Shown: positions 52,128 to 64,000 of the stretch, one piece after another
Layout: each line of letters opens with the position of its first letter
How positions within the stretch are numbered: position 1 is the first letter of the stretch
Source of the DNA: Chiloscyllium plagiosum
Taxonomy: Eukaryota
NCBI RefSeq assembly: GCF_004010195.1
Contig: NC_057718.1
Span: 19,281,905-19,345,904, forward strand
Length of the DNA stretch: 64,000 bases
Direction of reading: 5' to 3'
The notes under the pieces: model-generated
What the model saw: only the letters and a program-made list of their open reading frames with translations
Told to the model about the DNA's origin: nothing
Database searches by the model: none
Position numbers and translations under genes: made by a program

Positions 52128-52486
52128 ACATTCCTGAGGCCCAGGAACTAGGAATGTCGACTTGATGTGTGATGGATCCCAGGCACTCACAAATTCAAAA
52201 GTCGTTACACGCCATAATCAATCTTGACATTTTTCGTGCAGCAGACATAAACTTGACAATAACACACCAACATTTCGCAGCAGCGGTCTGTCAGGAATGT
52301 AACAGTGTATCATGCATTCGCTCAAGTCACGGAAGCTTGAGCAAGGATGTTACTCAGTGACGCCACTGCATTCAGAGCCAGAAACACACAGCTTCTCAAT
52401 ATTAAGAATGCATAAAACATGAATATAACTCTGTAAAAAAATGATTACAGTGTGGGAAACAAAAATCACAGGACAGAGACTGCATT

Positions 52487-53160
52487 TAGAGTTATAGAGA
52501 CATACAGCACAGAAACACACTCTTTGTCAGCGCCAACCAAACATCCCAATCTGACCTCATTCCATTTACCAGCATGTGGCCTATATCCCTCTAAACCCAA
52601 TCATATACCCATCCAGATGCCTTTGAAATGTTGTAGTTGTACCAGCCTCCATCACTTTCCTCTGGCAGTTCGTTCCATACACACACCACCCTCTGCGTGA
52701 AAATATTGCTCTTCAGGTCCTTTTTTAAATCTTTCCCCTTTCACCTTCAACTTATGCTCACTGGTTTTGAACTCCCCTAATTGGGGTAAAGATCTTGACT
52801 ACTCACCCTATCCAAGCCCCCCCATGATTTTATAACCCTATATAAGGTCACCCTTTAGCCTCCGATGCTCCAGGGACAAAAACCCAGCCTACTCTCCCTG
52901 TAGCTCAAACCGTCCAGTCCCGGCAACATCCTTGTAATTTTTTTCTGAACCTGTTCAAATTTAGCAACATGCTTCCTATAGAAGGACAAGCAGAATTGTA
53001 TGCAGTATTCCAAAAGTGGCCTCACCAATGGCCTGTACAGCCACAAAATTGACATCCCAACTCCTATACTCAATATTATGACCAATAAGACAGGCGTAGC
53101 AAAAGCCTTCTATACCATCCTGTCTACCTCTGACTCCACTTTCAAGGAAATCTGTACCTG
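52487..53160 (-). mobile_element. CR1 LINE 3' fragment
   Basis: LYRPLVRPLLEYCIQF...VQKKITRMLPGLDGLSYRE. Confidence 0.88.
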
Positions 53161-54061
53161 TTGCAGTTTATGAGCTACCTCTAAGAACTGAAATGTATAA
53201 GCCTAAATAATAATCTTTAAGTACTGCATATATAAGATATGTGTGGCTAACTACGTGTTCTAGGGGATTTGCAGCATTAAAAATGTCACGTGAAGATACA
53301 AGTGATTCAACAGTTTTTAGAAAACCATTCCAGTGCAAGGACTGATGTTGACTTCAAATTCCATTCCATTTATTTTTCTTCCAAACGTTCACTGTTGACA
53401 GGGCCTCCTAACCAAACCTTCCAGTTAACAGTCTTGGGCAGCAATGAAGTGTTATAGGAGTGAGGATGGCATCCCTACCTAAGGGAGTTACCTGAAGGGG
53501 GCAGGGGTGGGTATAGTTCAGGCCAGTAGATCCAGGAAGGCCTCCAGACTGTAACTACAAAAAAACAGACCTTCTCTGGGCTTCTCAGGCTTCTCGATCA
53601 CCAGCTGTCACTGAAAGGTCTGGAAATGTGCAGCTGCAGATTGGCCCTAGGTTAAATCAGCGAGCTCATCAGAGAGACGGTTTTGCAGTGCAATTGTGCC
53701 ATTTAAACTGCAACCTGGTTTCTCTGGGACAAGAGTACCTCCCAGGTCTGATCGAAAGCAAGTTGGGCTAATGCAGCAACTAATGTAATAAGACACCTCT
53801 GCCATTTCAACACTGCCCCCGTTCCAGCTGACCTCGTCACTCTCCCACCACATTCCAGCCGCCAGACCCCACCCTCACCCACTTGCCTCTCCAGCAACAC
53901 CAGAGGGTTGATGTTAATATATTGAACAGGTGAAGATTGGGTGCAAACTCTGACTTGGCCCAAGGATAGTACTCACCATTCAAGCAGAGGATTCAAACTC
54001 CAGTTGGATATTTGCTTTTGAATAGGGCAGACGTGATGGGCCAACGGGCAATTTGCAGACC

Positions 54062-54294
54062 TCAATGAGATTGGAATGAAGGCCAGGTGGATCTCATTGA
54101 CTATGAGATCCCTGATTGGGGTGGTTAACCTGAGCCAATCAGGGAGCCCTAGCTGACAGATATAAACAGGGAATTCAGAGAGTCCTCATTCTAGGGACTG
54201 GCTCTGAGCTGGCTGGGTCAGAGACCATGTACTGTACACATGTAAATAAAGAGTGACTTGGTGGCAGGATACCAGCCTCTGTGCAGTGATTTCA
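54062..54294 (+). mobile_element. Short LTR-like repeat, copy 1
   Basis: ccaatcagggagccc, gatataaa, aataaa, ends tttca; homologous to 55062-55299. Confidence 0.6.
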
Positions 54295-55061
54295 GACTAT
54301 GACTACATTCTGCAAGAGTTCTGCTGGACACTAGAACAGCATTCACCATTCAACCAATACTATCTGGCCATTTCTCTCATTGCTGTTTGTGGGATGCTGC
54401 TGTACACAGATTAAGCAATGTTTTACAACAGCGACAACACTTCAAAAATGCTTATTTGGCTGGGAAGCATGACGGGATGTATGAAAATCGCGAACGGTGC
54501 CACAGAAATGCAATTTATTTCCAATTCATTTTCTCAAAGGCCTGACAAAAGCCTATCTGGTGGAAATGACAGCCTGGCTCACAATCTTAAACGAGTGTAG
54601 AATCTTTCTTTCTTTCTGCTCCTTGTGTGACAGTGCTGAGGTGAATTCGAGTCAGTGAATCTTTCACCTAGAGAGCTGTGTGAGTGCTTTCACAGGAACT
54701 CACAACTTTGAAATGTTATGGCTGCACAGCCAGCTAAAGCAGCAGGACATTCATTCCAAAAAATGAATTACTTTGGATTTTGTACCCAGCTACTGTGTTC
54801 CTAAGATGGCGCCGTGAATGGCGACACTGTAAACTTTTCACTGTATCTCTGTGTCCCTGCACTTAAAGACACGTGACACTAAAACCTGTTTCTAATCCTA
54901 ATTCCAAATATGGGCATGTGTGGATTTTAACGAAATACAGGTTGTGATGTTGGATCAGTCTTCAAACAACTGGGACTAAAGATAATCTGATTATTTCACA
55001 ACGTGTGCCAACAAATGTTACGCTACAAAATAACAAGGAAAACTCGAGTGACGGCAATCAC

Positions 55062-55299
55062 TGTAGTGATAGGAATCAGGTCAGCCAGGTGGACCTCACA
55101 GAATATGAGTACCTTGATTGGGGCTGTTCATCTGCTTCGATCAGGGAGCCCTGGCTGACAGATACTAAAACAGGAGTGTCAGAGGCTCTGTTCACTCTAG
55201 GAGCTGGCTCTGAGGGAGCTGGGTCAGTGTCTTGCACCATGCATGTGTAAATAAAGAATGATTTGGTGATGGGATACCGATCTTCATTGAGTTATTTCA
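55062..55299 (+). mobile_element. Short LTR-like repeat (solo LTR), copy 2
   Basis: TG...CA termini, aataaa, flanks atcac/atcat (5-bp TSD, 1 mismatch). Confidence 0.65.
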
Positions 55300-56299
55300 A
55301 TCATGTTTTCTGATAACACAGAGTTTGAATAGTTTAATGGCCTTGGTGGTCATATCATTCTGAGCAAAGTTACTGGAGGAACAACACTCAGTTTTGCTCA
55401 GTTAGTTTGTCCATCTTTATTATTTGTTTCGTGCACCTTGAAGAGAGATTTCTGGTACCTTGAAGAGACCAGGAGGTGATTGCAATTCTCATAGTCGATG
55501 GATCTCTGTCTCTCTGATCGTTCCTCAAAGCAAAGAGGATGCTTGGCATAATGTGCACCACATTGCAAGATCCAGGACATGTGGAATTGTTTAATGTGGG
55601 TAGGCTGTTACACTGCAGCTACCACACGCTGACCCGGAAGCCCTCCCATAGGTATCTTTGGAAATATCTGCAGATTGATAATGATTCTGTGTGGCCACAT
55701 CATGGAAATTGCTCTGACGGCCATCAGGTCCCAGAGTTTCCAGCTGCCACCCCTACTCCTCCAATGTTATGACATGCAATGAACTACAATGAGTGTTTCA
55801 GCAATCATCAACCCGTTCCGCATTGCACAGAGAGATTGTGAGGGGTGGGGGCTGAGGGAACGCAGGACAATAAAATAGATTTTAAAAACATTGCAAACAT
55901 TTATTATTCAGCTCTGTGACCACCAGTGCTAAAAATGTGACTGATTTTCAGGAAGTGAGAGAGTGGAAGTTGTGAATTAAAATGGAACATCCATATGATA
56001 TGGTGAAGCCAGGGGAGATTAAGTGACAAAACAGTTCATGTTGCAAGGCCAAAGGGATTAGTAAGGAGACAAGTGAAGGAATAAAAACTATATCTTGGGG
56101 GAGGTGTGTATGCAGGCAACTCAAGAGTTACCTTCTGAAAGTGAAGGCAACAACAGGAAACAGGAGGCAAACAAAACCAGCAAAGAAAAATGTCACAGAA
56201 CAGGGACAGATGTTACAGGCTAAAACTGAACTCAGAAATGAGACCAGAGAGCTGCAAAGTGTACACCTGAAAGGGGAGGTGTTCCTCGAGCTAGTCAAA

Positions 56300-57294
56300 G
56301 AGTCATAGAGTCATAGAGGTGTACAGCACGGAAACAGACCCTTCGGTCCAACCCATCCATGCCAATCAGATATCCCAACCCAATCTCATGCCACCTGCTA
56401 GCACCTGGCCCATATCCCTCCAAACTCTTCCTATTCAATATACCCATCCAAATGCCTTTTAAATGTTGCAATTGTACCAGCCTCCACCTTCCTCTGGCAG
56501 TTCATTCCGTACATACACCACCCTCTACGTGAAAATGTTGCCCCTTACGTCTCTTTTATATCTTTCCCCTCTCACCCGAAACCTATGCCCTCTAGTTCTG
56601 GACTCCCCCACCTCAGGGAAAAAACTTTGTCCATTTACCCTATCCATGCCTCTCATGATTTTATAAATTTCAATAAGGTCACCCTCAGCCTCTGATGCTC
56701 CAGGGAAAACAGCTCCAGCCTGTTCAACCTCTCCCTATAGCTCAAATCCTCCAACCCTGGCAACATCCTTGTATATCATTTCTGCATCCTTTCGAGTTTC
56801 ACAACATCTTTCCAATAGGAAGGAGACCAGAATTGCATGCAATATTCCAACAGTGGCCTAACCAATGTCCTGTACAGCCGCAACATGACCTCCCAACTTC
56901 TGTACTCGATACTCTGACCAATAAAGAAAGTATACCAAACTCCTTCTTCACTATCCTATCTACCTGCAGCTCCACTTTTAAGAAGCTATGAACCTGCACT
57001 CCAAGGTCTCTTTGTTCAGTAACACTCCTGAGGACCTTACCATTAAGTGTATAAGTCCTGCTAAGATTTGCTTTCCCAAAATTCAGGACCGCACATTTAT
57101 CTAAATTAAACTCCATATGCCACTTCTCAGCCCATTGGCCCATCTGGTCAAGATCCCATTGCAATCTGAGGTAACCCTCTTCGCTGTCCACTACACCTCC
57201 AATTTTGGTGTCATCTGCAAACTTACTAACTGTACCTCTTATACTCGTATCCAAATCATTTATATAAATGACGAAACGTAGTGGACCCAGCACC
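56300..57294 (-). mobile_element. CR1 LINE (HER1-like), about 1-kb 3' fragment, inserted in an old Penelope-like relic
   Basis: LGPLRFVIYINDLD...SKFADDTKIGG...WAEKWHMEFNLDKC; agagtcat tail. Flank at 56220-56290 (-) gives LEEQ../TLQLSGLISEF, like the peptide at 2850. Confidence 0.93.
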
Positions 57295-57934
57295 AGCTGG
57301 TGTTGAGTTCATTTGAACACTGCAGCTATCAGAGACAGAGAGGACAGGGTGACAACAAAATGAAGAAATAAAATGACTCCCTCCCCAATTCAACTGGTTC
57401 ACACTGAACACATCTCTAGCTTTGCCCTGTTTTGAAGAAAGTTCAAAGTCCTGAAAGATTAGACCTGTTTTCCCCTACATTAGTGCTGATGTATATTTCC
57501 TTCTGGCTTTTGCTTTTATTTCTGATTTCTAGCATCTGCAATTTGTACGTGCAATAAAACACATGGATTTATCAGCAGAGAGGAACAGTAGCTGACTCCA
57601 TAACAAACATAAAAGGGATACATCCTTCTGTACAAACTAAATATCCAATAGCTTCTTAGAATGATTCCAGGGTTCTTACCTGGAAGACCAGACCAGCTCA
57701 CAATCCCTTTCTGGGAGAGGACATAGCTTGGTTCTTATCAGGTTATTTGACTAGCTAAAGAGACAGTAACGTCGGTCATTAAACACCATGCTATTTTAAA
57801 CAGCAGAATAAAGTTGACATCATTTGGTCTCTAAATATAACATATTTTTCCCTTATTATTAAACAAATCCACATTTAGCTATCTGCCTCCTTGAATTTCA
57901 CGTCAAAACAGAGTTGACAAAATTTATGAGAAAA

Positions 57935-58110
57935 ATCGAAATTACTGGAAAAGCTCAGCAGGTCCGGCAGCATCTGTGGAGAGCAATCAGATTGAGCGGT
58001 TCAGGAGCAAAAACGTTAACTCTAATTTCTCTCCAAAGATGCTGCCAGACCTGCTGAGCTTTTCCAGTCATTTCTATTTCTGTCTCTGATTTACAGGATC
58101 TGCAGTTTGT
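57935..58110. mobile_element. Short fold-back Penelope-like insert
   Basis: ctggaaaagctcagcaggtccggcagcatct / agatgctgccagacctgctgagcttttccag. Confidence 0.75.
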
Positions 58111-58503
58111 TTGATTTTTATTTGACAAAGTTTATTAATGAATAAGTTATTATTTACTGATATTTAAATAGGATTAAGATTAAAGCACTGTGCTTAATAT
58201 ACTTGCTCACATCATCCAGTGAGAATCACAATGTTAACTCTTTCTAGCCACCAGTTTTTTTAAGGGACCCTATTTAAAACATTGACACTTTGAAAATGTC
58301 AAAACTTTCTCGTTCTTAGCATAGTTCCTGGCCTGGGGATAATGTCTGTGCTCAGAATTTGGAACCAACAGCCAAAGTTAACACATAGAAGGAAACCAGA
58401 TTGAGCAAATTGCTAGAATATCAAAGGTAAATGGTTTTAATGGTTAGGGAAATGGTGCTGGTGTGCGACAGTTCACTCAGAGAGTCCAAGCAATACGTAC
58501 TGT

Positions 58504-58798
58504 GGGCGGCACAGTGGTTAGCACTGCTGCCTCACAGCGCCAGAGACCCGGGTTCAATTCCCACCTCAGGCGGCTGACTGTGTGGAGTTTGCACGTTCTC
58601 CCCGTGTCTGCGTGGGTTTCCTCCGGGTGCTCTGGTTTCCTCCCACAGTCCAAAGATGTGCAGGTCAGGTGAATTGGCCATACTAAATTGCCCGTAGTGT
58701 TAGGTAAGGGGTATGGGTGGGTTTCGCTTCAGCGGGTCGGTGTGGACTTGTTGGGCCGAAGGGCCTGTTTCCACACTGTAATGTAATCTAATCTAATC
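58504..58798 (+). mobile_element. Young V-SINE (HE1-like)
   Basis: Head, core and (taatc)n tail. Confidence 0.92.
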
Positions 58799-58976
58799 AT
58801 ACAGGTTCCAGTCTGGAGCTATGCAGCGTGACAGGACAGACTCTGAACTTTCTATCCATCATACTGCTAGATGAGGAATCTCTCCTGCTCTTAACATTTG
58901 CCATTGCCATATTGGAACATTTCACAGTTAATACTCAAAGAGCTTGGCCATCAAATACTGGAGTAGGCCTTGAATG

Positions 58977-59313
58977 GGGCAGCTCAGTGGTTAGCACTAC
59001 TGCCTCACAGCAGCAGGAACCCAGGTTTGATTCCACCAGGTGACTGTCTGTGTGGAGTTTGGACACTCTCCCTGTGTCTGCGTGGCTTTCCTCCGGATGC
59101 TCTGGTTTTCTACTCCAGTCCAAACATGTGCACGTTAGATCGCACTAGCCATGCTAAATTGCCCGTTGTGTCCAGGGATATGAAGGTTAGCCATTGGAAA
59201 TGCAGAGTTACAGGGATTGAGGTGGTTCTGAGGGGGTGAGTGGGATGCTCTTCGGAGGGTCAGTGTGGACTCGATGGGCCGAATGGCCAACTTCCACACT
59301 GTAGAGATTTTAT
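58977..59313 (+). mobile_element. Older V-SINE copy
   Basis: Same architecture, more diverged. Confidence 0.85.
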
Positions 59314-59937
59314 GAAGTGAGAGCTTCACTGACACTGCCTACTGCGCTCCAAGGCCTCCAACGAGAACATTTTCTCATTCATTTCCTGTGCATAGGAAAC
59401 TCAGCTAGATTCTTGGGCAATAAGAGCTTTGATAAGAGGATGTAAAGCTCTACCTTTTGCTGCTAAACCAAGGGTGTCACATCTCTGGAAGTCAGTGGGC
59501 AGTGTGGATAATGGGTGGTGAAGGGACACACTGTTCAGTGGATATGCCAGGCAAAGTTGGGTTCATCCAGAAAACTAGCTTGAAGGAAGACTGGCAAACA
59601 CAGATGGCACCCATCGAAAAACTCACTTTCAAGGAATGATATGGTGGGACAGACATAGAGAGAAAGAGAGGAAACAGTAGTAACTGTGAATACAATGGCA
59701 GGGATGGGCATGATTAAAAGTGGCATTGGCTGTTTGTGCCCTCACAGACCTCTCGGCTACATGTGATTAATGAGCAAACTGTAAACTACATTGACGTGAG
59801 CTTTGGCATGTTCTGGAAATAGTTGATCTGGTGTATCAGTTTTATTTTTTAAAAAACAGGAATTTTGATTTACTGCTATTTTTGTAACAGTACTTTCATC
59901 AATCCATTTCCCTTACAAAAAATAAATCAGAAGTTAC

Positions 59938-60060
59938 CAGCGCATGCTTCACCAGTAGGGTTCAAACGATAGCCTCTGGCACATTCACATCTATAGGAGC
60001 CGTCGGTGTTGACACAAGATCCATCATGGCATTTGGTGCCATCTGCGCATTCGTCAACAT
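59938..60060 (-). CDS. LTBP1: LTBP1-like exon, calcium-binding EGF domain (first exon of the gene in this window)
   Basis: 123 nt; acceptor tttttcag, donor gtaact; phase 1-1; DVDECADGTKCHDGSCVNTDGSYRCECARGYRLNPTGEACA has 6 Cys and the cbEGF consensus. Assigned to the same gene by strand and phase. Confidence 0.85.
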
Positions 60061-60218
60061 CTGAAAAATATGCATATTTCACTCTAATTAGATCACACAG
60101 AATACTCAAATCACCAGCAAAAGGGAGATCTGTCTAAACTGCTACCCATGTGCACAGAGAGGGAGGGAGGAATAGAGGGAAGGAGAACGAGAGGGACAGA
60201 GGAGAAAGGAGACAGAAA

Positions 60219-60539
60219 TTAGATTAGATTAGATTAGATTAGATTACTTACAGTGTGGAAACAGGCCCTTCGGCCCAACAAGTCCACACCACCCCACCGA
60301 AGCGCCACCCACCCATACCCCTACATCTACCCCTTACCTAACACTACGGGCAATTTAGCATGGCCAATTCACCTGACCTGCACATCTTTGGACTGTGGGA
60401 GGAAACCGGAGCACCCGGAGGAAACCCACGCAGACACGGGGAGAATGTGCAAACTCCACACAGTCAGTCGCCTGAGGCGGGAATTGAACTCGGGTCTCTG
60501 GCGCTGTGAGGCAGCAGTGCTAACCACTGTGCCACCGTG
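60219..60539 (-). mobile_element. Young V-SINE (HE1-like) with (AGATT)n tail on the + strand
   Basis: Reverse complement of 32353-32664 and 58504-58798. Confidence 0.92.
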
Positions 60540-60676
60540 ATTGGGCTACCGAGGAGAGACAGTTTAAAGAACAGCATGGTGGTGAAAGAAGTGGAACATG
60601 GAGGTGAGTGAAGGGCAAGGACAGACTGACCTCATTTGTAAAGAATAATTTATAATAGTTCTCAGAAAACTAATAG

Positions 60677-61644
60677 AGTCATAGAGATGTACAGATGGAA
60701 ACAGACCCTTCGGTCCAACCCGTCCATGCTGACTATTTATCCCAACCTGCCAGCACCCAACCGATATCCCTCCAAACCCTTCCTATTCATATACCCATCC
60801 AAATGTCTCTTAAATGTTGCAATTGTACCATCCTCCACCACATCCTCTGGCAGCTCATTCCATACATATACCACCCTCTGTGTGAAACAGTTGCCCCTTA
60901 GGTCTCTTTTATATCTTTCCCCTCTCACCCTAAACCTATGCCCTCTAGTTCTGGACTCCCCCACCTCAGGGAAAAAACTTTGTCCATTTATCCTATCTAT
61001 GCCCCTCATAATTTTGTAAACCTCTATAAGGTCTCCCCTCAGCCTCTGACGCTCCAGGGAAAACAGCCCCAGTCTGTCCCCAACCTCTCCCTATAGCTCA
61101 AATCCTTCAACCCTGGCAACGTCCTTATAAATCGTTTCTGAACCCTTTCAAGTTTCACAAGACCTTTCCGATACGAGGGAGACCAGAATTGCACGCAATA
61201 TTCCAACAGTGGCCTAACCAATGTCCTGTACAGCTACAACATGACCTCCCAACTCCTGTACTCAATACTCTGACCGATAAAGAAAAGTATACCAAACGCC
61301 TTCTTCACTATCCTATCTACCTGCAACTCCACTTTCAAGGAGCTATGAACCTGCACTCCAAGGTCTCTTTGTTCAGCAACACTACCTAGGACCTTACCAT
61401 TAAGTGTATAAGTCCTGCTAAGATTTGCTTTCCCAAAATGCAGCATTTCACATTTATCTGAATTAAACTCCATCTGCCACTTCTCGGCCCATTGGCCCAT
61501 CTGGTCAAGATCCTGTTGTAATCTGAGATAACCCTCTTCGCTGTCCACTACACCTCCAATTTTGGTGTCATCTGCAAATTTACTAACTGTACCTCTTATG
61601 CTCGCATCCAAATCATTTATGTAAATGACAAAAAGTAGAGGACC
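60677..61644 (-). mobile_element. CR1 LINE (HER1-like), about 1-kb 3' fragment
   Basis: GPLLFVIYINDLDASIRGTVSKFADDTKIGG...; highly similar to 56300-57294. Confidence 0.93.
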
Positions 61645-62402
61645 ATAATGATTGAACACTTTAAATATTACTTGAGTAATTACTCTCTCCTTCTCCATTG
61701 CCTTCCCACCCTGAAGGACAGAGATAAAGCTCATTCTTAATATGTATACATCGGAGGCAATTTCAGGAAGTTTCCTTTGGATGATTCTTCAGATGAAGGG
61801 ATTACCTTTAAAGGAAACGTGGAGCAGGTTCAACCTATTCCATTCGAGTCTAGAGGTGTCTTATTGAAATATACAATATCCTGAAGGAATCCTCATGGTG
61901 TTGTGGTAGTGTCCCTATTCTGAGCTAGAAGGCCCATTTGCTCCAGAAATGTTCTAACTGAAAAGGTTGATTACCCAAAAAAGTCTAAGATTCTGAAAGG
62001 AGATTTTGAGAGGCTGTTTCCTGGTGTGGGGGAATCAAGAACTTTCAACATGAGGGTTCAATTCAGGAGTGAGGTGGACTTCCTGCTTTTAGCGGGAATA
62101 CCCTGTTCCAGACAGTTGAGGAGGAGAAGTCATGCAAGTTAAATTAATGCCAAGGAAGATGGCATGAGTCAAGGGTTCTGGATTACAAACAGGAAACTGG
62201 AATTGGGGCCAAGATCAGATCAGCCATTCATGATTTTATTGATTGGCAGAGCAGCCTCGAGGGGCCATATGGCTAGGAATTGCTTCTATTCCTTAAGTTT
62301 GTCTCTGACTAAAACAGTCTGCACCAAACAGCCTCATTCAAAATTTCTCATTACTAATGATTGTGCCTTACCGTGACTACTTCAGTCTCAGCCTGCTCAC
62401 TA

Positions 62403-62810
62403 ACCATAGAATCCCAACAGTGTTGATTGAGACCATTCAGCCCATCGAGTCTACACCAACCCTCCAAAGACCATCCCACCTACTCCCTTCACCCAATCTC
62501 TTAACCCCACATTCACCACAGCTAATACACGTAGACTACACATCTCACCCACCCAATCCCTGAACCCCACATTCATCATGGCTAATACACATAGATTACA
62601 GATCCCATTCACTCTAGGGCAATTTAGCATGGTCCATCCACCCTAGCCTGCACATTGTCAGACTGTGGGAGGAAACCGGAGCACCAGGAGGAAACCCACG
62701 CAGACACGGGAAGGACGTGTAAACTCCACACAGACAATCACCTGAGGCTGGAATCGAACTGGGGTCCCTGGTGCAGTGAAGCAGCACTGTTAACCACTGA
62801 GCCACCGTGC
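62403..62810 (-). mobile_element. V-SINE with an internal 60-bp tandem duplication
   Basis: SINE core at 62615-62810; repeat units 62491-62550 and 62551-62610. Confidence 0.8.
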
Positions 62811-64000
62811 TACACCATTACCCCAAGTCACAAAGGTCAGGCACCCTTCAGTAACATCTCAACCTCTCTCTCACTTGCGAGCTACAAACACTTGGCAAAA
62901 ATAGGATTACAGGTTTCAAATTGCTACATGTGGATTATGATTAATAACTCTATTCAACTCAGGCATTGTAGGGTTTAGCAGGTTTTGATCTTTAGATAAT
63001 GATCACGGGACTGATTTAGTGCCAAACACTCTTACAATGATGCTATTACTGTGCTACGCTCCAGTGAGATTGCACTCCATTTTTTTCACTAAGGCCTCAA
63101 AGTACCAGGTACAAAGCCTTAAATCTTATACTCAGGACTAATTAAAAGCTTTGTCTTCTTTCTGAAGCAAGCAAACATAATTAACTATCACTCATTCTAT
63201 TCCACCCAAGGCAGTTTTCAGTCAGATGAATGCACATGAGAAGAAGAGAGAGAACCTGTCTAACATAAGCCGAATAAAGCACGGGACTAGATGTGCAGGT
63301 ATCCATTGCAAGTTTATGGAAATTGTAGCAGAGTCTGCTGGGGCCTTTTAATTCACCAGGCTGGAAAATTTCTTCTGCTACATCAAATTATCACTTAAAG
63401 GAAAAAAGAAGCCAGGAATTGCCTGTAATAGAAAAAAATATAATTGGAAGCAAAATGCATTTGATTCTCGAGTGTACGAGTCAATGTTTACTAAGTACTG
63501 AGCTGAAAACTCCTGTTAACGTCAAATAGTGTTCACGAACACCTGAGAGGGCAAATGTTCCACTCCCAAATATTCTCCCTCGTCTAGACAAGGCAACTCT
63601 CGGACCACTGAGAAGTTTCTGTTGGAGGATGTTTGTCACAAAAAAATTACCTTAAGAAACTGGGGGTGAAAGGTTAACATTCTGACAATTTGCACTGATG
63701 GTTTCCTAATCTTTGCGGCCCAGTTCCAATATTTCTCTCTCCACTGATACTGTCGATCTGATGAGCAGTTCCAGCATTTTCTGTTTGTATTACAGATTTT
63801 AAACACCTCAAGCATTTTCCTGGTGTGTGGAAGGGTCTCACTCTCCATTAGTGAGGACACATTAGTAGTTAATAAGTGAAATAAATAACTATTTTACTGA
63901 CTGAATTGAGGATGCTCCATTATATTTTTTAAACTGTCAGTGCCCTGTTTAAAGAATTTGAATGTGGCCTGAATGAATATTAGTACGTACTATGAAATCC

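Noticed and set aside
57680..57710. 31-nt segment between ctctcccag and a strong CAG/gtaaga donor (possible poison exon)
   Set aside because: Weak pyrimidine tract, frame-shifting and no other support; such matches are expected by chance in 28 kb
56799..61734. Reverse-transcriptase ORFs as host genes or active elements
   Set aside because: 5'-truncated CR1 fragments with frameshifts and no endonuclease or ORF1
1..64000. CRISPR arrays, operons or other prokaryotic systems
   Set aside because: The sequence is intron-exon eukaryotic DNA; repeats are dispersed transposons, not regularly spaced arrays

Overview
Vertebrate genomic DNA, very likely from a shark or other cartilaginous fish (inferred from the SINE/LINE repertoire). 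The whole window lies inside one minus-strand gene of the latent TGF-beta binding protein family, most similar to LTBP1. Nine short GT-AG, phase-1/phase-1 exons splice to about 402 aa: 3 cbEGF, the third TB/8-Cys (TGF-beta-binding) domain, 3 cbEGF, and the start of the last TB domain. Neither the start nor the stop of the gene is in the window. Main observations: (1) a tandemly duplicated, intact 141-nt cbEGF exon (5855-5995 and 3561-3701); the ORF track misses the first copy, and the pair looks like mutually exclusive exons. (2) Many short Penelope-like retroelement inserts with target-site duplications and fold-back structure that carry minimal hammerhead ribozyme motifs, two with intact cores. 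(3) An exon bracketed by inverted SINEs and by direct CR1 copies. The remaining intronic sequence is CR1 and L2 LINE fragments, tRNA-derived SINEs, TA-flanked MITEs and LTR relics. Nearly all ORFs in the supplied track are spurious or repeat-derived. Homology calls come from my recollection of family sequences, not from database searches.
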